From Coriobacteriia bacterium (GTDB taxonomy: Bacteria > Actinomycetota > Coriobacteriia > Anaerosomatales > SLCP01), in the NCBI GenBank assembly GCA_019429145.1, contig JAHYJI010000003.1:47-64046 (forward strand): a stretch of 64,000 nt of DNA, given 5' to 3'. The notes beneath the pieces are model-generated. The model worked only from the letters and a program-made list of their open reading frames with translations, searched no databases and had not been told where the DNA came from. The first letter of the stretch is position 1. Each line of letters opens with the position of its first letter. The position numbers and the translations under genes are program-made. This document shows positions 33,722 to 41,350 of the stretch, piece by piece.

Positions 33722-35497
33722 GTGAACAACGCCTATCGACGCTCGATGACTGCAGCGCTGCTCGCGGCACTGCTCCTCGTCGCGCTTGGTGCTGCGCCCG
33801 TCGGGGCGTTAGCCGCAGTCGCCATACCCACCACCACCTACGATGGCTGGCGCGCGGACATGGACGGGAAACTGCTCACCGACAGCGAAGGCTACTACGT
33901 CCTCACGGTCACGCCCCAGATGGCGGCGGACGGCGACATCACGCTCCAGTGCAACCGATTCGCGCGGCTGTTCCTGAAGGACTTCCGCAACATCTCCAAC
34001 ACCGACACGACGTACAAGATGAAGATCGTCAACGCCAGCGGCAAGACGATCACCTACCGCGACTACGCGTTCACCACCCACAACGTGCTGCCCCGCACGG
34101 ACAACATCTTCGGACCCGCCACCGGCGCGATCACCGACTCGCCGGAGCTGGGCAGGGGGTTGGGCTCGGCCTATGCCGCGATGCTCCCCACCATCCTGAC
34201 CGCCGGGACCTATACCGACCTCTGCATCGACACGCAGGGGTTCGACGGCAATAACATGAACCTCATGATGGTGCCGCTCCGCTGCACGAACGACGCCATC
34301 TGTTCGTTCTACGGCGTGGACCACACGTTCGATGTCACGCTTCCCCAGATCATGCATCTCGACGAGAATCTCGCCGCGCGTGGCTACTCCAGCTACGCCC
34401 ACTACCTCAAGAGCTACTACGGCGTCGCCAGCCTCTCCAACCTGCCGCCGGCGACCGTGTACAACATCCTCGGCACCACCAACGGCGCACAATCCGCCAT
34501 CACCAACTGGCGTGACAATACCATCGGCGGGAAGCCCATCCCGGCCTCCGAGCTCGGTAGCCTGACGAACGAGTTCAGGATCTGGGGGCTTCTCCACCTC
34601 AACGGCGATTCCAGGGACGCGGCGCAGTATCCGTACGTCCCCAACTTCTTCATGATGGAGACCGATCCCGAGGTCCTCCAGCTGGCCTACGACTACCTGT
34701 ACACTGACGGTCTTCGCTTCAGCTTCGACCAACTCACCCAGCCGTTCGACACCACGGACAACGAGCACGGCCGCGGCGGCGACTTCGGCATCAAGGCGTA
34801 TGTGAACAAGAGCCCGGGCTCCACCGCCCACGTCAACAGCGTCTTCGGCGGCGTCACCCTGGCCGACGGCGATGAGCTGAAGCTCGACAACGTGACGGCG
34901 GGCCTCTACGTCCCCAACGCGTGGAACCAGTACCGCCTCTACGACTTCGGATTCAACCTTATCTTCACAACTGACGAGGTCTACACGCTCGCTATCACGA
35001 AGACCGGCCGGGACCTGAACGGCCCGCGGCTTGTTCCGGGCGACGTCATCGAGTGGCGGATCGTGGTCAGGAACACGGGTCCGACGGTGTTGACGAACGT
35101 CGAGGTCGTCGATGACGTCCCATCGACGACGGCGTACGTCCCGGGCTCGATCACCGGGCGCGGAGCTGATGATTCCGCGTCTCGACGCCTGCGATGGCTG
35201 GTGGGCACGCTGAACCCGGGCGAGTCGGTCACGCTCACCTTCCGGTCGACCGTCAACGCGGGCCTGCCCAACGGAACGGAGATCCGCAACCAGGCTGCGG
35301 TGCATTCCGATCAGGTCGGCTGGCGCTACTCGGACGATTCGAGCACGCCGATTCCCGGCGACGCCACGCTGCTGCGCACCGGAGGGAACGACTGGATATG
35401 GCTGGGCGTCACCGTGGCCGCAGTGCTGTTGGGGCTTGTGGCACTGCTGTACGGGTTGCTCCTGAAGCGCCGGAAGCGTAAGCAGGCATCGTCCTAG
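33722..35497 (+). CDS. Cell-wall-sorted surface protein: novel N-terminal region, C-terminal DUF11 domain, LLRTG sorting signal
   Basis: GTG 33722 follows AGGAGGGGAGG. Signal peptide TAALLAALLLVALGAAPVGALA. DUF11-like LAITKTGRD...VVRNTGPTVLTNVEVVDDVP. C-terminus ATLLRTGGNDWIWLGVTVAAVLLGLVALLYGLLLKRRKRKQASS. Confidence 0.8.
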   Translation: MNNAYRRSMTAALLAALLLVALGAAPVGALAAVAIPTTTYDGWRADMDGKLLTDSEGYYVLTVTPQMAADGDITLQCNRFARLFLKDFRNISNTDTTYKMKIVNASGKTITYRDYAFTTHNVLPRTDNIFGPATGAITDSPELGRGLGSAYAAMLPTILTAGTYTDLCIDTQGFDGNNMNLMMVPLRCTNDAICSFYGVDHTFDVTLPQIMHLDENLAARGYSSYAHYLKSYYGVASLSNLPPATVYNILGTTNGAQSAITNWRDNTIGGKPIPASELGSLTNEFRIWGLLHLNGDSRDAAQYPYVPNFFMMETDPEVLQLAYDYLYTDGLRFSFDQLTQPFDTTDNEHGRGGDFGIKAYVNKSPGSTAHVNSVFGGVTLADGDELKLDNVTAGLYVPNAWNQYRLYDFGFNLIFTTDEVYTLAITKTGRDLNGPRLVPGDVIEWRIVVRNTGPTVLTNVEVVDDVPSTTAYVPGSITGRGADDSASRRLRWLVGTLNPGESVTLTFRSTVNAGLPNGTEIRNQAAVHSDQVGWRYSDDSSTPIPGDATLLRTGGNDWIWLGVTVAAVLLGLVALLYGLLLKRRKRKQASS

Positions 35498-36112
35498 ATG
35501 AGCGGGTCGAGGGCCAACGGGTCCGGCTGGGTGCTGTTGGGCATCGCATTGCTCGTGTTCAGCGTTGCCGTTGCGGTATACAACCTGTGGCCGGACATCA
35601 CGTTCCAGGCCGGCCTGGTCGAGCCCTCGGTGCCGTACCCGTCCAAGTTCGCCGACGCGCCTGCGGGTGAGGTGCCGTCAGACGCCACTCAGGCGATCCC
35701 TGCCGAGCCGAGGGTCGTCATCCCCCGCATCGCCGTGGACGTACGCATCTACAAGGGCGATGCGCAACGGGCGCTCAAGCTCGGCGTGTATCACCACGCC
35801 GGGACAGCCGCCCCCGGGGAGCCCGGTAACATGGTCATCGCCGGCCACCGCAACAGGCGGCAGTTCGCGCCGCTGTCCTATCTCGAGAGCGGCGACGTGA
35901 TCCTGGTCTACTGGGATGGCGCCGAATACGGCTACAGGGTCACGCAGGTCTATCAGGTCGAGGCGGTGGAGACGTCGGTGCTTGCGCGGGGAGACACCGA
36001 GATGCTGACCCTCTATACCTGCACCCCGCGATTCCTGGGCAACAAGCGGACCGTCGTGGTGGCCGAGCCACTCACGGGCGTCCCCGAGGCAACTTTCGGA
36101 GACTCCCAGTAA
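35498..36112 (+). CDS. Sortase (membrane-anchored transpeptidase, class E/F-like)
   Basis: 204 aa with N-terminal TM helix, catalytic His in MVIAGHRN, Cys in MLTLYTCTP, and Arg in GNKRTVVVAE. Starts directly after the stop of the LLRTG protein. Confidence 0.85.
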   Translation: MSGSRANGSGWVLLGIALLVFSVAVAVYNLWPDITFQAGLVEPSVPYPSKFADAPAGEVPSDATQAIPAEPRVVIPRIAVDVRIYKGDAQRALKLGVYHHAGTAAPGEPGNMVIAGHRNRRQFAPLSYLESGDVILVYWDGAEYGYRVTQVYQVEAVETSVLARGDTEMLTLYTCTPRFLGNKRTVVVAEPLTGVPEATFGDSQ

Positions 36113-36120
36113 CATCAGAA

Positions 36121-36149
36121 AGTGGTTCGAATCCACTCGGGCCCACCAT
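36121..36149 (+). repeat. tRNA 3'-end remnant (T arm, acceptor 3' strand, CCA) = att-like direct repeat of tRNA-Ile
   Basis: AGTGGTTCGAATCCACTCGGGCCCACCAT versus tRNA-Ile GTTGGTTCGAATCCAACCGGGCCCACCAT. The four differences keep the T stem paired (AGTGG/CCACT). No 5' half is present. Confidence 0.7.
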
Positions 36150-36160
36150 GAGACAACACG

Positions 36161-36186
36161 TCAGACGGGGTATCTGCCCCGTCTGA
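36161..36186. terminator. Hairpin after the tRNA remnant and after the convergent DUF1295 gene
   Basis: TCAGACGGGG-tatctg-CCCCGTCTGA, followed by TTGTGTTAT on the plus strand. Confidence 0.5.
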
Positions 36187-36243
36187 TTGTGTTATGCGGA
36201 ACTCCTCCGCTCCCGGATGTGGTCATGGACCGGCAGCTCCGCG

Positions 36244-37029
36244 TCAGCCGCCCTTGCGCCCGATCCACGGCACCAGCACCGGCGTCCGCCGCTTGTAGTC
36301 CTCGTACTCCTCGTGCCCGCCCCACTTCTCCTCGGCCTTCCTCTCCAGAAGAGGGATGCCGCTCACGCGCGTGAGCAGCAGGTAGACGAAGACCGGCGAT
36401 ACCAGAGTCGCGAGTTGCCAGCCGCGAAGAACGGGGAGCGCGATGAGCGCCACGCCGGTCCAGAGCACGATCTCGCCGAAGTAGTTGGGGTGGCGCGACA
36501 GCGCCCACAGGCCCGAGCTGATGAATGCACCTTCGTTTGCAGGTTGGGCCCGGAAGCGGCTCTTCTGGTAGTCCGCTACCACCTCGATCGAGAATCCCGC
36601 TGTCCACGCTGCCAGCCCCACGAGCATGAGGATGTCGACCCCGGCACGCGTCTGTGAGGTGACGGCGGCAAGCGCCGCTGCGAGCGTCAGGCTCACCCAC
36701 AGCCCCTGCAGCGTCCACGTCATAAGGAATCGGGCGAAGGAGCTCTTGAGCTCGTCGAAGCGGCTGTCTTTGCCGGATCGCAGGACGCGTCGGAACAAGA
36801 AGGTACCCAGTCGCCCTGCCCATACGAGCACGAGCACCAGCAGCAGCATGGAGCGCGCGTCGGCGTACGCGCTCGACGCGACAGCGAACACCATGACCGA
36901 GATGTACGTGAGGCTGCCGGTCAGGTCGTAGTAGCGCTCGGTGCGCATCACGTAGGAGGGGATGAAGACCACCCACTGCACGAGGAAGGCGAGCGCCACC
37001 CCGAGTGCGAACACCGGAACCCCGCCCAT
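36244..37029 (-). CDS. DUF1295 membrane protein (steroid 5-alpha-reductase/isoprenylcysteine methyltransferase-like fold)
   Basis: C-terminal 261 codons of the 418-aa ORF, from MGGVPVFALGVALAF... Multi-TM, with motif LSRHPNYFGEIVLW. An alternative ATG at 37068 exists. The upstream part of the ORF overlaps the SDR gene and is Arg-rich junk. Confidence 0.8.
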   Translation of the reverse strand: MGGVPVFALGVALAFLVQWVVFIPSYVMRTERYYDLTGSLTYISVMVFAVASSAYADARSMLLLVLVLVWAGRLGTFLFRRVLRSGKDSRFDELKSSFARFLMTWTLQGLWVSLTLAAALAAVTSQTRAGVDILMLVGLAAWTAGFSIEVVADYQKSRFRAQPANEGAFISSGLWALSRHPNYFGEIVLWTGVALIALPVLRGWQLATLVSPVFVYLLLTRVSGIPLLERKAEEKWGGHEEYEDYKRRTPVLVPWIGRKGG

Positions 37030-37052
37030 TACCTGTCCTGCCGCGTCCGCAC

Positions 37053-37820
37053 CTACGCTGACGTCCATCCCGCGTCGGTCGCCAGGACGGCTCCGTTGAT
37101 GCCCTTCGCCTCGTCGGAAGCGAGGAAGAGCGCGACGTGCGCGATGTCCTCGGGCTTGAGCTGCCACGGGATCATCCCGTACCACTTCTGCAGGCGCTCG
37201 CTTGCCTTCGGATCCATCTTCGTGGGGTCGACGCTCTGCATGATGTTGGTCTCGACCGCTCCGATCGCGATCAGATTGCACCGGATACCGTCGTGCGCGT
37301 AGATGTAGGCGGTGCTCCGGGTTAGGCCCTTGAGTGCATGCTTCGAAACGGTGTAGGCGGCACCCGCGGCCGCGCCTCCCTGTCCGGCGACCGAGCCGCT
37401 GTTGACGATGGACCCGCCGCCGCCCTTGATCATCTCCGGCACGGCCGCCCGTGTCAGGCACATCGGGCCGTACACGTTGATGCCCATGACCCTGTTCCAC
37501 ATCTCGTCTTCGAGTTCGGCAACGCCCTGGTTGAGGTCCATCACGCCTGCGTTGTTGCAGAGCACGTCGAGACGCCCGTAGGCGTCGACAGCACTGGCGA
37601 CGATGCGCTCGCAGTCCTCACGCTTCGAGACGTCGCCCTGCACCCCGACCACATCGCGACCCGCGTCGCGAAGCTCAGCGACTATGCCCTCGAGCGACTC
37701 CTGATTCCAGTCGGCTGCGACGATCTTTGCGCCCTGCGCCGAGAAGATCTGTGCCATCGATCGGCCCATACCTGAGCCTGCGCCGGTGATGATCGCAACC
37801 TTACCCTCGAGCGTCAACAT
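37053..37820 (-). CDS. SDR-family oxidoreductase
   Basis: From Met21: MLTLEGKVAIITGAGSGMGRSMA (TGxxxGxG), with catalytic YTVSKHAL (YxxxK). Confidence 0.85.
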   Translation of the reverse strand: MLTLEGKVAIITGAGSGMGRSMAQIFSAQGAKIVAADWNQESLEGIVAELRDAGRDVVGVQGDVSKREDCERIVASAVDAYGRLDVLCNNAGVMDLNQGVAELEDEMWNRVMGINVYGPMCLTRAAVPEMIKGGGGSIVNSGSVAGQGGAAAGAAYTVSKHALKGLTRSTAYIYAHDGIRCNLIAIGAVETNIMQSVDPTKMDPKASERLQKWYGMIPWQLKPEDIAHVALFLASDEAKGINGAVLATDAGWTSA

Positions 37821-37960
37821 GTCTCTCTCCCTCTTCCCGTGTTCGTCGAACATGCCGGTGTTCTTCCGTTCCAGAACCACAGTCCGAATACTTCCAGGCC
37901 GTCAATCTGGAATGTACCCCTCGCGAACCAGCGCGCCGACGCCTGCTGTCTCCTGCGCGG

Positions 37961-39166
37961 TCAGGGGCGAAGCCCGACCTGCATGACATCGATCGTGCGG
38001 TAGGAGAAGCCTGCCCGGCAAAACGCAAGGTAGAAGCGCCACATGCGGATGAACCGTTCGTCGAATCCGAGCGCACGCACCTCGGGGTGGACGGCGTCGA
38101 ACCGCTGCAGCCACGTGTCGAGGGTGCGGGCGTAGGAGTCGCCGATGAAGCGCGGCTCGTCCGTTGCGAGACCGGCATCGCGGGCGGCCTTGTCGAAGCG
38201 CTCGGGACTCGGCAGCATGCCACCGGGGAAGATGTAGCGCTGGATGAAGTCCGGGCCGCTGCGGTACGCCTCGAAGCGCGCCTCGGGGATGGTGATCGTC
38301 TGCAGCGCCGCGGCTCCTCCGGCCTTCATCAGTTCGCGCACGCGCTTGAAGAAGACGGGCCAGTACTTCTCTCCGACCGCCTCGAACATCTCGATCGACA
38401 CGAGCCGGTCGTAGGTCTCGGGAACGTCGCGGTAGTCCTGCAGCCGGATCTCGATCCTGTCCTCCAGGCCCTCCTCGGCCACGCGCGCCTTCGCGAAGTC
38501 GTGCTGCTCCTGCGAGAGGGTGACCCCCGTCACTCGGCACCCGGCCTGCTTGGCAGCGTGGATGGCGAACCCGCCCCAGCCGCACCCGATCTCGAGCAGG
38601 TTCGAGCGGCTGTCGGGATCGGCGATCTCCAGGATGCGGTCCCACTTGCGGTGCTGTGCCTCGGCCAGATCGCTGCAGTCCTCCTCGAAGCATGCTGCCG
38701 AGTACGTCATCGTATCGTCGAGCCACAGACGGTAGAAGTCGTTGCCGAGGTCGTAGTGTGCGGCAATGTTGCGCTTCGAGCCGCGACGGCTGTTGAAGCG
38801 AAGAGCGTGCGTCAGCCGGTCGAGGAACCCGGCACGCCGGTTCGCTCCGTCCATACCGCCCGCCGCCATGCCGGCCGCACCGAGATCGAGCACTGCTCGC
38901 AGGTCCGGTGCGTCCCACTCGCCGGCCATGTAGCTCTCGGCGAGCCCGAGCGAACCTTCGCGCGCGATACGTCGTGCGACATGGTGGTCGTGCAGGGCGA
39001 CCCGAGCGTGCGGTCCCGCCTCCCGTCCTTCGTACGTCGTGCTGCCGCCGCGGGGCCACGTGATCTCGAGGCTGCCTGCGGGAAGCCCGCGGTCAAGCAT
39101 CGTGTCGACGACGCGCTCGGTCAGTGTGGACGGACCCTTCCCGTCGATGGTGCGTGCTGTGCTCAC
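37961..39166 (-). CDS. cfa: Cyclopropane-fatty-acyl-phospholipid synthase family SAM-dependent methyltransferase
   Basis: 401 aa with LLEIGCGWGGFAIHAAKQAGCRVTGVTLSQEQ, and SIEMFEAVG...FIQRYIFPGG typical of CFA/mycolic-acid methyltransferases. Confidence 0.9.
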   Translation of the reverse strand: MSTARTIDGKGPSTLTERVVDTMLDRGLPAGSLEITWPRGGSTTYEGREAGPHARVALHDHHVARRIAREGSLGLAESYMAGEWDAPDLRAVLDLGAAGMAAGGMDGANRRAGFLDRLTHALRFNSRRGSKRNIAAHYDLGNDFYRLWLDDTMTYSAACFEEDCSDLAEAQHRKWDRILEIADPDSRSNLLEIGCGWGGFAIHAAKQAGCRVTGVTLSQEQHDFAKARVAEEGLEDRIEIRLQDYRDVPETYDRLVSIEMFEAVGEKYWPVFFKRVRELMKAGGAAALQTITIPEARFEAYRSGPDFIQRYIFPGGMLPSPERFDKAARDAGLATDEPRFIGDSYARTLDTWLQRFDAVHPEVRALGFDERFIRMWRFYLAFCRAGFSYRTIDVMQVGLRP

Positions 39167-39167
39167 C

Positions 39168-39938
39168 CTAGGTGGTCTCCTCGGCCGGGGGCTCGGTGCG
39201 CGGTACGTACTTGATGCGCTTGGCGACGATGCGCAGTGCCTGGAAGTGGATGAGCAGCCAGGCCCGTGCCGACATCGGCCCGAAACGCAGGAAGGTCCTT
39301 ACGATCTGCCCGTCGGTCAGCGGGCGGGCACCGAGCGAGACCGCAGCCACGAGAAGGAGCGGACCCTTCACGTAGTCGAAAATGCTGACCGACAACCGCT
39401 CGGCAGGTTCGCTGACGTGGAACCGGTAGCGCGCATCCATCTCGATGAAGGGTGATACGTGGAACACCTTCACCTTCTCCGGTGAGCTGCGCCAGTCGTA
39501 CGGTGCCCCGCCGTTGTGCAGCAGGTAGTTGTGGTGATCGCCGAAGGTGTTCTGTACCTCCGCGAGAACGGCAATGGGCGTGCCGTCGGCGTGGAAGCAG
39601 TACCAGAACGACACCGGGTAGAACTTGAATCCGAGGACGCGCGGGAAGGTGAGCAGGCGCACGGGGCCACCCTCGAGATCGATGCCTGCGCGGGCGAGGG
39701 TGGCGTCGATCCAGGGACGCCAGGGCGAGCCGTCGCGTGGACCGTGGTCCTTCAGTCTCAGCGAGAAGAGATTCGGCCTGTCCACCGAGAAGAGCCTCAG
39801 CGACGCATCGAGGGCATCGAGTTCGTCGAGGTCCGCGTAGACGAAGTACACACCGTAACGGAACCGGTTGACGCGAGGGACCTTCCGCTCGTGAGCAACG
39901 GTCCCGACGTAGAGCGTGCTGTGCACCGGGGTTTCCAT
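39168..39938 (-). CDS. DUF1365 family protein
   Basis: 256 aa: LYVGTVAHERKVPRVNRFRYGVYFVYADLDELD... Usual partner of CFA synthase and FAD oxidoreductase genes. Confidence 0.85.
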   Translation of the reverse strand: METPVHSTLYVGTVAHERKVPRVNRFRYGVYFVYADLDELDALDASLRLFSVDRPNLFSLRLKDHGPRDGSPWRPWIDATLARAGIDLEGGPVRLLTFPRVLGFKFYPVSFWYCFHADGTPIAVLAEVQNTFGDHHNYLLHNGGAPYDWRSSPEKVKVFHVSPFIEMDARYRFHVSEPAERLSVSIFDYVKGPLLLVAAVSLGARPLTDGQIVRTFLRFGPMSARAWLLIHFQALRIVAKRIKYVPRTEPPAEETT

Positions 39939-39947
39939 GCCTGAATC

Positions 39948-41240
39948 CTATACGACCTGCGTGCGGCTCGCGTCAAGCTCGTCGGCCCACGGCAGCCCGG
40001 CACCGATCGCCTCGGCGACGCGCACCGCGGAGAGCAGACCGTCCTCGTGGAACCCGTACCGCTGCCACGCACCCGTGAACCATGTCCCGCGCCGGCCCTG
40101 GATCTCGGCGAGACGCCCCTGCGCCGCCATCGCGTCCGCCGAGAAGAGCGGGTGCGTGTAGGCGATGCGCGCGATGACGTGCTCCGGGTCGGGCTCGCGC
40201 ACGGGGTTGAGTGTGACGAGCAGGGGAGTCTCGACCCCGAGCGGCTGGAGCCGGTTCAGGTAGTACGTCAAGGACAGGCCACCGGAGGTCATATCCGCAG
40301 CTTCGGAGTAGTAGTTCCACGAGGCGTGCGTACGCTCGAGCGAGGGCAGGAACGAGGTGTCGGTGTGCAGCACGGTGTCGTTGGGGCTCGCGCCGAACGC
40401 GCCGAGAATCTCGCGCTCGGCGTCGGACGGGTCGGCAAGCATCCCGAGGGCCTGGTCCGCGTGGGACGCGATCACCACCGCGTCGTAGAGCTCCTCACCG
40501 CCCGGCCACTGCACGACAACGCCCTCCGGCCGTCTCTCGATCCGCTCGACGGGAGCCGACACGCGAGTCGTTCCGGAGATCGACCGCGCGGCCGCGTCGA
40601 CGTAGGTCCGGCTCCCGCCGACCACGCTTCGCCACTGCGGCTTGCCGGTTATGTGCAGCAATCCGTGGTTGTCGCAGAAGCGCAGGAACGACTTGGCCGG
40701 GAATCCGAGCATCTGTCCCGGGGGCGTCGACCAGATCGCGGAACCCATCGGGATGAGGTACCAATCGGTGAATCCCTTGCCAAGTCCCTCCCGATGCAGC
40801 AGCTCACCCAGGGTGAGCGAGTCCAGGCTGTCGTCAGCCAGCAGCCGCTCGGCCATGCCCGAGAAGCGCACGATGTCGACGAGCATGCGCAGGAATGCGG
40901 GACTCGCGAGGTTGCTCCGCTGGGCGAAGACCGAGTCAAGCCCCTTGCCGGCCCACTCGATCCCCTCGCCCGGGCACTGCACGGAGAAGGACATGTCGCT
41001 CGACGCATGCTCGATGCCGAGCCGCTCGAAAAAACGGATGAGGTTCGGGTAGGTTCGCTCGTTGTAGACCATGAAGCCGGTGTCGGCTGGAACGATCCTC
41101 CCGTCGAGAAGTACGTCGTGCGTGTGCGCGTGTCCCCCCAGCCTGTCATCGGCCTCGAAGAGGTCGACCTCGTGCATCGGTGATAGCAGCCAGGCCGCTC
41201 CGGTTCCGGATATTCCCGAGCCGACGACACCTATCCTCAC
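39948..41240 (-). CDS. NAD(P)/FAD-dependent oxidoreductase (amine-oxidase/desaturase-like)
   Basis: GTG 41240 after GGGGGAA: VRIGVVGSGISGTGAAWLL (GxGxxG dinucleotide fold). 430 aa. Confidence 0.85.
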   Translation of the reverse strand: MRIGVVGSGISGTGAAWLLSPMHEVDLFEADDRLGGHAHTHDVLLDGRIVPADTGFMVYNERTYPNLIRFFERLGIEHASSDMSFSVQCPGEGIEWAGKGLDSVFAQRSNLASPAFLRMLVDIVRFSGMAERLLADDSLDSLTLGELLHREGLGKGFTDWYLIPMGSAIWSTPPGQMLGFPAKSFLRFCDNHGLLHITGKPQWRSVVGGSRTYVDAAARSISGTTRVSAPVERIERRPEGVVVQWPGGEELYDAVVIASHADQALGMLADPSDAEREILGAFGASPNDTVLHTDTSFLPSLERTHASWNYYSEAADMTSGGLSLTYYLNRLQPLGVETPLLVTLNPVREPDPEHVIARIAYTHPLFSADAMAAQGRLAEIQGRRGTWFTGAWQRYGFHEDGLLSAVRVAEAIGAGLPWADELDASRTQVV

Positions 41241-41350
41241 GTGTTCCCCCGTCCGTTTGCGCGCACCGTCCCGTGCGCACCGGTCTCGGGTATATGTTCC
41301 CGAAGGAGGCGCTTGAAACCCGGGTGCCCGCGGGAAATGGAGGCTTCGAC

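Larger units (their letters stand above)
24946..36149 (+). mobile_element. Putative ancient tRNA-Ile-targeted genomic island (no integrase retained)
   Basis: Bounded by the tRNA-Ile 3' end (24918-24946) and a 29-nt imperfect direct repeat of it (36121-36149, 25/29 identical). Cargo is the adhesin/SipW/sortase locus. A 660-bp stretch next to the tRNA has no convincing ORF. Confidence 0.45.

Noticed and set aside
37030-37500. N-terminal extension of the 418-aa ORF 36244-37500 (-)
   Set aside because: It overlaps the well-supported SDR gene in another frame. The DUF1295 homology starts at Met 37029 (or 37068).
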